Shown: positions 1 through 13,824 of the stretch, in pieces | Position numbering within the stretch: the stretch's first letter is position 1 | Layout: every line of letters starts with the position of its first letter | Source of the DNA: Eledone cirrhosa | Taxonomy: Eukaryota | Direction of reading: 5' to 3' | DNA: 64,000 bases | Assembly: GCA_964016885.1 (NCBI GenBank) | Contig: OZ024741.1 | Span: 143,406,001-143,470,000 of the forward strand | Translations under genes and position numbers: made by a program | Notes under the pieces: generated by a model | The model's database searches: none | Seen by the model: the letters and a program-made list of their open reading frames with translations, nothing else | What the model was told of the DNA's origin: nothing

Positions 1-1745
1 CATGACTTTCGTTTTCACTAAGATTATACAAAGGTATTTCGATTCTAGGTTTTATTTCCCGTCTGAAATTTCTTCTTCAAATTTTGCTGTAAGTACTGGG
101 TTATCAGTGGACTGAAGATAGAGCCTTGAACAATATTCATTTGTACATTGAATTCCTCACTAAACTCACTTACACTGCTCTCACATGTCACTCATCTACA
201 CCCAGTTTCCTTAAGGACCACCTGACAGTAGTGGCTTAAACTTAACTAGGAACTTCTTTTGTAGTTGTTTTACTAAGAGGATATCAGTTATACTCTGTCC
301 TGGTGTAAAACCAAACTGTATCTCATCTAATCTGATTTTTTTCCTAAAACTTTGGGATTTCTATCACTCTTTCTAAAGAATCACCTTTTACATTGTAGTA
401 ATTAATGATTATACTGCTACACTAGTCGTTGAGTATGACAACCACCATGTATTACCTGGTTGACTTTGCAAGTAATTAGCTTGAGCCTTAATTCACTAGA
501 TATTTTCAGCATCACACTGACTATCTCTGATGTTCTGGCAGTTTTGCCCTTTTTATACCCTTGATGGCTTCTTTGACCATACAATTGTTAACTAGCTGTT
601 ACTCTGTTAGATCTATTGAAAGCAGTCCCTTTTCCTTTCACTCATTCTTCACATTCAGCAACCTCTCATAGCAACATTCCTCAAGCCTCTTCTCAGCATA
701 GGTTAGGCTATATGCACCAGTGTCATTCTGAACACATTTTTCCCCAATGACACCTTGATTCACAGTGATACACCCTATATCAAGTGGTAAATTCTTCTTT
801 GGGAAAAGACTTAGTATTCATGACCATCTGTCTATCTCATTTTCTAATGAGCATAAAGTCATTCCGGTTTATATATTTGCCTGATTTGTAGGTGATCAAG
901 TGTTTGGTCAGTTTCCTGAAGCTATTTATAGGTGGTGAATTAGCAGAGTCATTAGAATGTCAGATAGAATGCTTTATGGTATTCGTTCCGGTTCTCTGCT
1001 CTCTGAGTTCAAATCCCACAGTCAACTTTGCCTTTCATCCTTTCGAGGTTGATAAAAAAGTACCAGTCTAATACTAGAGTCGATTCTTCCTCTCTCTGGA
1101 AGAAATCTGCTGTACTCAAGCCTGGAGAGAGATAGGCTCTGCTCGGCTTAAAATGCCCAGGAAATGGCGTATGTCAATACAGCGCCCCTACGACTCTATC
1201 AGGAGTTACGAGACCATACAAGCAAGTGCAGATACTTAGGTCATTTGCATCACAGAATTCTTGGAACCTTGTCTTCTTCCTTTCTCAAGCCATATCCATA
1301 GTACCTGTGTACTCCAAAGTAGCTATCGTGGTGCTGCCTAACATTTCCAATGAAGTCACCAGCTAGAATAATGAAGACTTTGCTATCTGTAACTGAGATT
1401 ATCTGTAGGAGTTTCTCGTAGAAATGATTCTTTTGTTCTTGAGTTAACCCTGATTGTGGTGTGTAAGGGGAGATAACTGTTGCCATTATTCTGAGTTGTA
1501 TGATTCTATGACATTCTCTAACTACCTCAGTTACTTTATCTATTTATTTCTCAGCTGGCAAAATGCTTACTCCACTTAGAGCACTATTATTTCCTACCCA
1601 GAAGAGCTTATATCTGTTCTCTTTTCCTGTGCATAGTCTGTTTGAAGCTCTCATCTATTTCACTTCTTCGATACAATACACATCTACTTGCCTGGACTTC
1701 AGTACACCACCATTTCACTTGACCTACAATTCATTGTGACAATCC
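1..1745 (-). pseudogene. Decayed RTE-clade LINE (APE endonuclease through start of RT), interrupted by a SINE
   Basis: ORF 1250-1486 (VISPYTPQSGL...FYEKLLQIISVTD..IILAGDFIGNV..YFGVHRYYGYG) matches the APE segment of the intact RTE frame at 43255-45943. Bases 1-900 resemble the linker/RT region (LDEIQFGF motif near 310-335). Many stops and deletions. Confidence 0.8.
930..1090 (+). mobile_element. tRNA-derived SINE, family A (central core CTTTGCCTTTCATCCT..GGTCGATAAAA..AGTACCAG, Meta-domain-like)
   Basis: A-box-like TTAGCAGAGTCATTAGA, B-box-like GAGTTCAAATCCC, then the conserved core. Related copies at ~1858-1980(+), 6090-6195(-), 7660-7770(-), 8335-8430(-), 13635-13815(+), 15415-15560(+), 62000-62110(-). 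Confidence 0.75.
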
Positions 1746-2630
1746 TTGAAAGTAAAGGAGTATCCAGTAGTGGTTAGGCCATCTTTTGTTCTCACCTTTC
1801 TATACCTGAAAGGTCACACTGCTGTATAAATCCACTGTTAATAAGTGCTTAGAAAGCAGTGAATTGGCAGAGTCATTAGAGCGTCAATGTTTCAAGTTCA
1901 AATCCCATCAAGGTCACTTTTGCTTTTTATTCTTTTGAGGTCAATAAAATAGTATCAATCCAGTACTGGTGTCGATTCTTCCTCTATATCTCTTTCTTAC
2001 TTCCTCTCGATCACATTCTCTCTTTCACCAGAAAAATTGGCTGTTTACATCACTACAGACCCCTTATAACTCCACCGGGAGTTGCGGATCAATTCAAACT
2101 AAAGGATTAAATAAATTGGATCTTTGAACAGAAACAGAGGGATCTACTTGACTAGTGTCTAGTTTCAATCACGTGTGTGGATTTCATAGGTTATTGTAAA
2201 GACAAAGACCTGGTCTAAATGCTTGCAATAGAATCTAGTCCAGTAAAAGTATCCCAGGGACCAGGTGGTAGTGTTAAAGCTGGCAATAGAGTAAGCCTAT
2301 CACGAAAGAACAAATACAGTCCACCTGACATTTCATACAGTTTTTATCTACACCAATTTTGTTCACAAGACTTGGTTTCACCCCTAACTATGGTGGATGA
2401 GGCTTGCTGTGCTGTGAGATGAAATTTAAACCCATGTAAATTTAAACCATGTATACACCTGCAGCCATATATCTTTCTTAAAGAGAATTGCTGGGTTTCC
2501 ACAAAATGTTTAATGCCAGAAGTGATCTCTGTGGTAAGCCAGCTAACTGCACTTTAATATAATAAAATAAATTTTATATAAATTAGATATATATGTAACA
2601 AGATACATTTTATATATAAATTGTAAATAA

Positions 2631-4744
2631 CACTGTGTAACATGAATTTTGTCCTTTGGTAGCAACTATTATTTCCTATTTGCTTATGCCTGGAAAGTAT
2701 GAAAAATGGCTAATATTTTCTTAAAACTTTGCTTTTATGGTCAAGATAATGATATTTCTAGAATTACCTAATCCCATTGGGAAAACTGCCAAATGTAAAC
2801 ATTCTCGTTCAGCAAAGTTGGAATAAAATGACATATGATTTAAAAAGTAGCATTTATTTATTATAGGATTATACAAAAAACTTAAAAGTGAGTGGGATTT
2901 CGGGATTTATGCTTAAACTGCAAATTGCTTTCATGAATCAGCCCCCATATATAGTCTCCCATCATGTTTTCATTATATGATCCTTGGTATCAATGTTCAA
3001 AGTCAAGTATATCCTGGTGGAAGCGCTTGCCTTGCTCTTCAGAGTATGCTCCCATGTTCCCCTTGAATTTATCAAGATCAGCGTCAAATATATGTACTTT
3101 GAGGGACATCCTGCAACCCATTTTGCCGAAGTTCTTCACCAGGTTCGCAACAAGTTCCACATAATTTTCAGCCTCAATCACTGCAACAAAGCTGTTACAT
3201 GCTGCCTCCTCTGTCTTAGTGAGCTTCTTGGGAAATTCCTTGCACTCCATGATCTTCCTTATTTGTGGTCCAGTGAAGACATAGCTTTCATTTTTGCCTC
3301 AGACAGCTTAGGGAGGAAGTCTTAAAGGTACTTGAACATTGCCAACTGCTTATCTAGAGCTGTGACGAACTGTTTCATAAGGCCCAATTTTAAGTGAAGT
3401 GGTGGGAACAATACCTTCTGGGGATCAACCTGTATCTCCCATTTAACATTATTTATCCTGACACTGAACTTGGCTCGCTGTGGCCAGTCTTGCCTGTGGT
3501 AGTGTGCCACAGTGTCCCTGCTGTACCAAGGCAAAGATAACATGGAAACTTGGTAAAACCACCTTGGAGACCCATCATGAATGCCACCATTTTCAAGTCT
3601 CCGATAACCGCCCAACTGTACTGTTCATACTTCAAGGAGTCGAGCAAGATCTTGCACTGCTGTATTCCTTTGAGCTGCACCAAGTGAGCTAGGGCAAGAG
3701 AAGGATATATGTTTCTGTTATGAAGCAGCATTGCTTTGAGACTTCTGGATAAGCTGTCAATGAAAAGGTGTCACTTGCTGGGGTTATAGGCAATTCCAAT
3801 TGCCTCAAACAGACCAGTCACACTATGACAGAAACAAAGCTCATTTTCATGAGTAAAGAAGCTTGAGAAAGACTGGTGATGCTTTCTCTGATTTGCGACA
3901 TACACACTTTCATCAAACAAGTTTCTCTGCTTGAGTCTCGATGTCAAAAGCTATGCATTGGACTTTGTGAGACCAAGGTCTCTGATCAAGTCGTTGAGGT
4001 CTTTTTGGTTTGGGTAGTATGGGCTTTTCTCCTCAGCTGCACCTCTGTTATCTGGATCAATAACTTCATCCTCATCTGGTTTGCAGCTTTCATCTGAAGA
4101 CAGCTGCTCTCTCTTTGGAGGAGTGAGTATGGGCAGTTCAGGACAGTGTGGCACTGGAGCAATGGATGACAGAATGTTTGGATATATGATAGCAGTTGCA
4201 TTCTTGCCAGCTCGACGTTTGGAAGAGTCCACCATACAGAAGAAACAATTGTTTGAGTGGTCAGTTGATTCCCTCCAAATTCGTGAGATTGCAAATATCA
4301 TGACCCTATTTTTCCCTCTGTACCATCCTGCAGAAGAGCAAATATAAATATAGTGTAAATATTATTTAGACAAATGTGCAATTGCTGAAACCCATTCAAT
4401 TTAATAGGCTATATATACTTTTGATATCCCTCGTTTAAAAAAATATTTAGGCATAAACTTACATTTAAAATACAAATTCAAAACTTTTTCACTTAAAATA
4501 TTACACTATCCACACAAGCAAAACATTTCAGCTTACCTTCTAGCGTTCTTTTGTAGAGTTCTCAGGTGAAATGAGGTGCCCCCACTTTGTCTTCATCCCT
4601 AACAGGCATACCAAAATAAACCTTGTAGGTCTCACACATTTTAACAGATGTTGCCAAAGAGCACTTTTTTGCTCTTGTCTTGATAAATTCACCACACACA
4701 TAACAAAATGTGTCTGCTGGATGCTTACAACCACTTGATGCCAT
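2631..4744 (-). mobile_element. Chapaev3-type (CMC superfamily) DNA transposon; pseudogenised two-exon transposase
   Basis: Motifs in order: CKHPADTFCYVCGEF, WAPH-like VGAPHF, RIWRESTDHSNNCFFC, DLNDLIRDLGLTKSNA, VIGDLKMVAFMMGLQGGFTKFPCYLCL, PPLHLKLGLMKQFVTALD, MSLKVH...YSEEQGKRFHQDI, MMGDYIWGL. CAC-starting terminus CACTGTGTAACA at 2631. GT-AG intron 4536-4328. Frameshifts present and the second terminus was not found. Confidence 0.85.
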
Positions 4745-5268
4745 CTGTAATGAATGCAGCTAGCTATGACAATTGGACATGTATCACCTTTGATGGAAAA
4801 AAATAAACTGCTCTGTTGAGCTTACGTTCCCTATATTTATACTGTTATCTAAGTTACCAGAACATTCTAGAAAATCATGAAGATTTTAGACTCTTCTCAA
4901 ATATATATCATATACATTTGTCATGAATAATGAATACGTTTTAGCCTTGCAGAATACAAGGAACTCCACTGGTGCTAGTGTCATGGTGAAACGCACCCAG
5001 TACATTCTGTAAAGTGGTTGGCAAATAAGTGAAGACAACATAAGTTTGGACCTGTTAGTCTTATTGAGGACATAACAACCTTTCTAGTGCTGGGGACATG
5101 ATAAAATGCACTCAATGCACTCTGTAGAGTAGTTAGGGCATTGCTGTAGAACATATGCCACCTTGGATGATAGTAACTTTGAATAAAATCTGACTTGAAC
5201 TGTCAGCTCGTCTAATCCATGCCAGCATAGAAAGTGGATGGAAAATGATGATGATGATATATATATGA

Positions 5269-5280
5269 ATGCATGTGTGC

Positions 5281-5342
<62 letters not shown>
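5269..5342. repeat. (TA)n microsatellite following a (GAT)n-tailed RTE/SINE 3' end
   Basis: Direct inspection. Preceded by GGAAAATGATGATGATGAT. Confidence 0.9.
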
Positions 5343-5344
<2 letters not shown>

Positions 5345-6239
5345 CTAGTCCACACTGTAAAGAGGTTGTGTAGGTGTTGTGACAACAAACACCCAGTACA
5401 CACAGTAAATCTGGTTGGCATTAGGAAGGGCATCTAGCAGTTGAAACGAAGCCAAAATCAGCCCTTGAAAACGTGGGAGGTGGGTAGGGTTAGGCATTGA
5501 CCCCACCCCCACCCGTTTTCCGGAAAAAAGACCTTTGCAGATTAGTTGATAGCACACGAAAGAATAAAATAAAATAAACGTGGAAAATAACCTAACGCGA
5601 GAGAGGTAGATCTGCGAAAATCCTTTGTTCTTTCCGTCCCTTTTACTACAAAACTAGTCATTTCCGACTGGTTTGGAGATCATATTCGTTGATAACACAC
5701 GGAAAAAATGGTAGAGAAAAACCCGGAGGTATTGCTGTCGATTGCGAGCATATTGGAGTTCAGATTGTTGATAGCACACGAAAAAAAAGTGGTGGTGTCT
5801 AATAATTTTCCACTGAAATCGAGTTTAAGACCGCTAAACATTTGAGTCAACGAGGAAGCCACAATGTGGTTACTTTATCTGTTCAAAATTATAACTAAAT
5901 CTCCTTCAAATCACATTTTACCATTTTAAAAAAAAAAAAAAAAAGGAAACAAACACATTACAGAATGCAGTCACTCACTGTCACCCTTTAAAATACCGGA
6001 TGATCACAGCTGTAACAACTTTGGTTTTACGCTTGCTCGATCAAGAACAACAACAATGACCGTTAAATATTAAATAATTGTTTCTATTTTAGGCACAAGG
6101 CCAGCAATAACTCAGTACATTACTGGTACTTTATTTTATCGACCCCGTAAGGATGAAAGGCAAAGTTAACCTCGGCGGGATTTGAACTCAGTACCGAAAC
6201 TGATGTCTATGACCAGGGACAACTACGCATGTATTATAT

Positions 6240-7525
6240 TAGGGATCTCGAACACGCGACCCGCAAATTACCTTTCGTTTGCTGGCGGAAGAATAATCTT
6301 CGTGGTTGATATTTTCCTAAAACTTGATAATTTGTAATTATATAAATTATCTTATTCACTGTTGTATAGCTTACAGAACGAAAGCACAAACAAATATAAT
6401 ATAAATGAAAGGGAATGGGAAAACAGAAAAAAAAGAAAGGAAAAGAAAGAGAAAAGAAAAAAACAAGAAAAAACACACAAAAGTGGTTAGCACACACATC
6501 TGGGACCACATACAGCAAAAGGAAGGCGACAGGCGAGGACAACCGAGCCGCTACCAGAGTAAAAGATAACAGTATCGCGAAGGGCACTGGAAACCGCTCT
6601 AATGAATTTTTAGGCAAGCCAGCATGCCCGCAGCGTTACCTCGGGTGAGAGTGAGGCTGGTGCGCTGGAACAACCAAGCGCCCTCGCGAACTTCACCAGT
6701 TACCTCTGTTAGGCGAGCTACCAGTGAAGATAGGAATCTCGCAGTCAGTACCCCGACTCTCCCAAACGTCTCGAACGCCACAAGCTGGTGCGCTGGAACA
6801 ACCAAGCGCCCTCGCGAACTTCACCAGTTACCTCTGTTAAGCGAGCTACCAGTGAAGATAGGAATCTTGCAGTCAGTACCCCGACTCTCCCAAACGTCTC
6901 GAACGCCACAGGCTGGAAAATGTAGTTAGGATTTTGTTCCGTTCGGTTGCGGAAGCTGTGGTTCTCGCCTTAACCGCAGCATTCAGGATATGGGAAGAAG
7001 TAAAAGAGTCACTAACTTTGATGTCCCAGACAAGGCATCTGCTTCTCGACCTGGGGAACAGGGTAAGGCCGTAGGGTCTTTTCTCGTTTATTGGTTTGGA
7101 TTAAAAAACCTATTTAAATTATTGTTGGAGATATCTGTTATTTCTTTAAATGTGATAAAACTTTTAATTTTGCTTTTATTTTCTCTATTTTAAAATACTT
7201 AAAAAAAAAACGAAATTGATCATAAGTGAAAACTTCAAAAAAAGGGAATCTACCAAAAGTAGAAACTAAATTATGGAAAATTTGAAAAGGAAAATTTATC
7301 CTGCTTTTTGTACTAATTCACATATCCCATTTACTATCATATGCGTATTCGTTTTGATGAAAAAATAAATAATCAAATAAATAAATAAATAAATAATAGC
7401 TTATCAGCTGTATTAGAGATTATCATTATAACTGGTGGAAATCCCACCCTCATCACACTTGTGGCCTGCCGTGCCTCTTCTCAAGGGTGTAATGGTCCCT
7501 TGAGTCCTTGAATTTGAAAACCCTG
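6240..7525. mobile_element. hAT (Charlie-like) MITE split by a nested non-LTR insertion
   Basis: Ends TAGGGATCTCGAAC...ATTTGAAAACCCTG. Flanks TATTATAT / TATTATTG resemble an imperfect 8-bp TSD. Body is colinear with the uninterrupted copy at 20429-20847. Confidence 0.65.
6340..7090 (-). pseudogene. 3' fragment of a CRE-like non-LTR retrotransposon (restriction-like endonuclease C-terminus) with a 128-bp internal tandem duplication
   Basis: Minus strand reads NEKRPYGLTLFPRSRSRCLVWDIKVSDSF...NYIFQPVAFETFGRVG...GAWLFQRTSLTLTRGNAAGML, i.e. RLE motifs KRPDG..WD, FxPxAxETxG and QRxSxxxxRGNA. Duplicated units 6657-6784 and 6785-6912. Confidence 0.8.
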
Positions 7526-8927
7526 TATTATTGAATAATTCAATATATTGGTGTACGAAGGGTAAGATAGGTTAAGAGAAATTACGGTAGAAATATGACT
7601 AAGGGAGACAACTCTAACTTTGCTTACTAATCTAATTGATACTTCGAAATAATTGTTTCTACTTTTGGCACAAGGCCAGCATCGACCCCGTAAGGATGAA
7701 GGGCAAAGTTAACCTTGGCGGCATTTGAACTCAGACAATAAAGGGCCGTAACTCTTTGCTGCAAAGCATGGCGTCCGACCCTTCATTAATTTCTGAGTCC
7801 GACACTATTGTGGGCCAGGATAGGAGACACACCAATGGTGGTAAAAGCAATGGTTATAATGATGGTGATGAGGATGGTCATGGTGAGGGAATATGATGAT
7901 GACGACGAAGAGTAAGAAGAAGTAAAAGAAAGAAAAGAAGATGACAATGGTGGTTACAATTACAATAACAACAAGGAGGAAGATATTGGCAACAGTGATA
8001 ATATTTATGTTTCAATTTTTCTTCAGATTCCTGTTATTGGACATAAATATTTTTCTTGGACCTCACCACCTCCTCGTTGCTTATGTATCATTACTAAATT
8101 GATGTAATTAGGTCAGGTTGTTATGTTTTTTTTATTTTAAAACTAAAGTCATTCTTTCTCTTCTTGACCAGTAACTAACTAACAGAGGCATAGGAGCACC
8201 TTCCTGATATACATTGTTTCATGGGCAATTTTAAAACCTGGCAGAGCCCGTCTTCTCTCTAGATCTGACCACAGTCAATTTCTTCCAGAGGTGGAGAGAG
8301 AGTTAGAGAGGAAGTGAGAAAGAGATATAGAGGAAGAATCAACCCCAGTATTGAACTGCTACTTTTTTTTTATCAACCTCAAAAGGATGAAAGGCAAAGA
8401 TGACCATGGCAGGATTTGAACACAGAGAGCAGAGGGTTGGAATCAAGGCCTATACCTAGTAGGCACACCCTCCTCAACTTGCTCCCCTCTCATTTACCTC
8501 CCTTTGCGGTAACCATCCCTCCCCTATTACCTATGTCTGCAATTTCCCCAAGCCTCTTCCCCCTCCCTAGTCTCCACTGTAAAGTGGTTGTGTCAGTGAC
8601 ATGACAAAAGTGCCCAGTCACGACAAAAAGTGTCCAGTCCACACTGTAATGTGGTCATTTAGGTGACACAACAAAAAGCACCCAGCACACTGTAAATGTG
8701 GTTGGTAGTAGGAAGAGCACCCAGCTGAAATCTGCCCTGGGTGAGCTAAACATGGTCCTCTGACCTGTTTTTCTCCCTAAGGGTCAATCCATCCTACCCA
8801 TGCTAGTGTGGAAGATCGACATTAAACGACGAGGATGATGATATATATATGGTGTGTGTGTATGTATATGTATGATATGTGTATATATATGTATATATAT
8901 ATATATATATGGTATATGTGTATGCAC

Positions 8928-8963
<36 letters not shown>

Positions 8964-9477
8964 TTATCATCATATATATATGTATATATGTATATTATGT
9001 TGGTACCACAAAACATCCAGCCCACACAGTAAATGGTTGTGTGCCACGACAAAAAGTGCCAGGTCTACACTGCAAAGTGGTCATGTAAAAGACATGGGAA
9101 AAATCACCCAGCACTGTAAATGAGGTTGGCACTAGGAAGGGCATCCAGCCATAGAAAACCAACCAGAAACACTCCTATATGAGTGAGACACTGTCACCCG
9201 ACCCATCTTGCCTCTAAATAGGACTAACCCATACTAGCATGGAAGATAGACGTTAAATGATAATAATGATGACGATTCCATCTGACGTTCTAATACCAAT
9301 TTTCCACTATACTAAAGTCATTAAGAAAGAAAATATATAGAAGAAAGAAGAGAAATAAACTTCCTATATTTGAAAGATGTCAAAAGAATAATTTGTTTCT
9401 CACACAGGCGCCCCCACACACACATACACATGTCAGCCCGCAATGAACTGGCCTATGATTACATTTCAGGTACTAGC

Positions 9478-9805
9478 AGCTGAGCCTGGGACTCAATTCA
9501 CCTCACTATATTTTCAAAGAAACAGGGCTTCTGCTCATAGTTATGGATCTCCCTCTACTGAGCCAGTTGAGCTTGGGACAAATCAATTCTCTCTATTTTC
9601 AAAGGAACAGAGTTCTATCCAAGGTTATGGACCCCTGAATCTAGCTGAGCCTGGGATTCAAATTACTTCACTCTATTTTCAAAGGAATAAAGCCCCAATC
9701 CACAGTTATTGACACCTGAGTACCACCACCACCGGCTGAGCCTGGTACTCAAATTATGTAACTCTATTTGCAAAGGAACAGGGCCTCTATCCAGGGTTAT
9801 TGACC
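9478..9805. repeat. Degenerate minisatellite, 4 units of ~78-90 bp
   Basis: Recurring AGCTGAGCCTGGGA(C/T)TCAAAT..CTCTATTTTCAAAGGAACAGGG..GTTAT(G/T)GAC. Confidence 0.8.
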
Positions 9806-10859
9806 CCCCCCCCCCACACACACACACACACCTCGCTTCCCTCTTGATTTAAAAATGCTTGGTTAGTTTTCAACCTGACCTGTGTTGAAAAGGGAGAAAG
9901 GTCAGAATGTGAAGCTAGCAACTTTACCTCCATTAATAAAAATTATTACAGAAATGATGAACAGATACCTGGCTTGGGAGCAGGCCCATGACAAAGCTTG
10001 CAACTGTGCAGAATAGATATCTTTCATTGCCTAATGTTCCACGGGGAGCAAAATAGAGTATTATTTAAGGGAGATTTAGCTACCGATTTTGCTAATCATG
10101 TGCAAGTCCCTTTCATTGATAGTGTAAACCTATATATTCTGGAAGTGGTTGTGGTGTTAATGTTGATTTTGTTATTGTTATTGCTGTCATTGTAGTTGTT
10201 TGTGATGGTGTTGGTTTTGTTGTTGTAAATAGAGTGAGGCAGGTAAGGTTTGGCTAAGTGAAAGTGGGACAGTTGCTGATGCAGAACTAATGAGTTATTT
10301 TTATAGGTAAATATATCAGTGTTTAGGTGGGGGTTGCACACCCATGTTGGTGTGGAAGATAGACATTAAATGATGATGATGATGAATACTTATAAAAAGG
10401 AAGTTTATTTGTTTGTTGACTGCTAATAACCCTAAATATAATAAAATTGGTAATAATTAAGGTTTTTTGTGTGTCTTTAACTAATATGATCTCTCACATG
10501 CTCACAATCTGCTTTTTCTCTGAAAACGGAATGGGCAGTGTGGGGATTTTCCCAGCTTTGGAGATTTCTTCAGTGGGAATTATTTTTCTTTTCTAGACTT
10601 TTTCATTTGTTTTCAACCGATCTGACATCCAACTCACTCACCATTGACTCCTTTTTCCGAAACACCAGCAAGAAGATAGAGGACCATCGGAGTTACAAAT
10701 AACCACCTCTCAGTCATTTAAACTTATAGAAAAGCACCTGCTGGAGATTGTAAAGAAATTCTTTTCTTAAATTTTTTTCCCTGTGTTTTCAACTAATATG
10801 ACCTTCTACATGCTTGCAACCACCTTTTTTTCCAAATGGGGGGAGGGGGGTCTATAATG

Positions 10860-13594
10860 TGTGCAAATATGTCAACAAGGGTTGCATACTATAATGACAA
10901 AATATGTCCGACAAGGTACCCAATTTCCAGCACAGCTGATATATCAGTAGTAATGAAGCATTCTGGTGTATTTTGGGATTCTCAATTCAGGCCCATTACC
11001 CAGAAGGGCAAAATACACTCGTCCATTTGGAAATGGTTGAGTGTATTTTGCAGCCCAAAATGCAGCACAACAAGCTATAGAACCAAAAAAGATAACTTTG
11101 CAGGCATTTTTTTTAACTTTGTAGAACTGACAACTTTGATACCATCCTACTATACTGTTGAGAAACAGAAAGGAAAATGGAACTGGCAAAAACAAGGAAA
11201 ACCTGTAGAAAACCATTCTGTAATTCATAAATCAGAAATACTAGGTAGGATTTACACAATACATCCAGGATAACACAAATGTTTCCACTTGAGGATACTG
11301 CTTAATGAAGTTAGAGGCTTTCAAGGCTTTGATGAACTTCTTAAATTGAATGGTGCTATTTGTAAAACCTATCAGGAAGCTTGCATGGGGAGAAACGATA
11401 ATCAAGAAGATGCAACACTTGCAGAGGTGTCCTCAGACCACCAAAAGTATTTGAAATTTGTTCGTAATTATATTAAAGAATTGTGACATAGTCAATCCAT
11501 CAGCACTTTGGCTGAAGTGTATGGATGACATGTCCAAGGACATAAAATACCAAGCACAATTGATAAACCTGAACATAGAAGTAACTTTTTCAGATGAACA
11601 TTATAACACAGCTTTGATTGAGACTGAAGACAAACTGATAGAAACAGATGGACCTGCTCTGCATTTATTAGGATTTCTTCGCACCAATAGAACTATGGCT
11701 TAAGGAGCGAATTTGTGTGAGAAACTTCATACAATGTAGAAGACCTCATTTCCTATGTTAACAAAAATGAACTTGATGATCAAAAAGTAGTCATCATCAT
11801 CATCATCAACATCATCGTTTAACGTTCATCTTCCACACTAGCATGAGTTGGACAGTTTAGTCCCACTTGAGGAGAGATTGGTAGGGAGACCGTGTCTCGC
11901 TCATACAGAACTGTCTCTAGCAGGTTTTCTACAGCTGGATGCCCTTCCTAACACCAACCACATTTACAGTGTAGACTGGGAACCTTTTTACTGTGTCTCC
12001 TACATGACCACTTTACAGTGTGGACTGTGTGCTTTTTGTCGTGTCACCTACAAGAAGATGTAGTATATAACATTATTCTTGAGTCAATTATGCAAAAGAA
12101 TTGTGGCCTATTTTTTTTTATCAATGCTCCAGAACTGCTAAAACTTTCTTGATGAACCTATTGTTGTCTAAAATTCAACAACGCCAAAACATAGCTTTAG
12201 AGGTTACTTCATCTTGAATTGCTGCTACACTTTTACCTAGAGGAAAGACAGCTCATTCTGCTATCAAATTGGACTTGGGCCTCAGTTTCAATGAAATGTC
12301 TATGTGTCATATAAAAGAAGGGCTCAGGAGGTGCCTAAGTATTGCAAAGATGTGTGGCAATTTTGGGGGATCAATGCACAATGGTGCACAGGAGATGCAT
12401 TGGAGACCTTGGACAGAACACTGAAAGATATCCAGAACAGCACAATAATGATGGGAGGAGTCACTGCCATTTTATCAGGGAATTTCCAACAAACTTTATC
12501 TGTGATATCAAAGGGAACTCGTGCCAATCAAGTTTCTAGCTTGCCTAAAATCATCATCTTTATTGCCATGTATCATCAAACTCAATTTAAGAACCAATAT
12601 GCAAGTACAACTTCATGTTGACAATACTTTTGCAGAGTTTGCTCAAAAGCTTCTGAAACTTGGTGGAGGCAAAATATCCCTTGATACTGAAGGTGGTTTT
12701 GATCTTTCATTATTTTGTACAGTTGTGGAAAGCATTGATAGCTAAATTAATCAAGTGTTCCAATGAGGAGAGGCTGTGTGAAAGAGCGATCTTTGCCCCC
12801 AAAAGCATCACAGTGAATGCCCTCAACAAAAATCTCTCACAAATGATCCCTGGAAGTAGCCAGACCTATAAATCTATCAACAAAGTTGTCAACAAGGACG
12901 ACGTTGTTCAATAACCCATTGAATTTCTCAACAATTAAGAACTGTCCGGTATGCTGCCATACAACCTTGAATCGAATCATAGTGCTTCTCAGAAACCTGG
13001 ATCAGTCATGATTGCGCAATAGGACATTCAATAGGACACATATATCTCAGGCTGAAATACAGCCCTCATATTATTGAAGCTAAAATCGTCACTTGATATG
13101 GTAAGGGAGACAGTGTATTTATACCTACAATACTGTTAATACCTTCAGATATCTCCTTTCATTTTAAACAATTGTAATTCCCAGTAAGAGTCAATTATGC
13201 AATGATCATCAATAAGCCCAAGGTCACTGCAGGTTGTCGGTCTCTTTTTAGAAAAGGGCTGTTTTTTGCAGGGTCAATTGTATGTAGGTTGTTCCAGAGT
13301 AGGAAGCCCCAACAAACAGTTCATATATGCTCCAAAGAAAAAAAGTTAAAAACATTATATATACTGAAATTCTGCAAATGTTTTATAACTTTTGTAGAAT
13401 ACATTTTTTTCTATTATTTTTTATTACTTTCTGTATTTAGATATTCTAAACATTTTAAATATTATGTTATGCAGTATTTAAATACCTTTGAGCATGTTTA
13501 TTTTAAGGAAAGTTTTAAGGAAAATGATGCCAATAGGTGCCTTGTGAATAGATTTGGGCAGTACATACTGAGGCAAAGGCCAGGTGACCACTAG
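10860..13594 (+). mobile_element. Decayed Helitron (3' part of RepHel, PIF1-like helicase) with CTAG 3' terminus
   Basis: LGRIYTIHPG..CFHLRILLNEVRG..TYQEAC; IAATLLPRGKTAHS; ALETLDRTLKDI..MGGVTAILSGNFQQTL; LRTNM; ERAIFAPK; FPVRVNYAMIINK; GQLYVGCSRVGS. Ends in a degenerate hairpin and CTAG|T at 13594. Interrupted by an RTE-type tail at ~11792-12050(-). Confidence 0.88.
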
Positions 13595-13824
13595 TATATG
13601 TGTATAATCAGGTTGTTTCTAAACATCTATTATTATTGGATTGGCAGTATCGGTAGAGGGTTGGACGCCATGCTTTCCAGCATAGTTACGTCCCTTTACG
13701 ATCTGAGTTCAAATCCCGCCGAGGTTGACTTTGCCTTTCATCCTTACGGGGTCGATAAAATAAAGTACCAGTAATGCACTGGGTAATTGCTGGCCTTGTG
13801 CCTAAAGTAGAAACAATTATTATT

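Noticed and set aside
9478-9805. Repeat-spacer (CRISPR-like) pattern
   Set aside because: Whole units are homologous and degenerate, as in an ordinary minisatellite.
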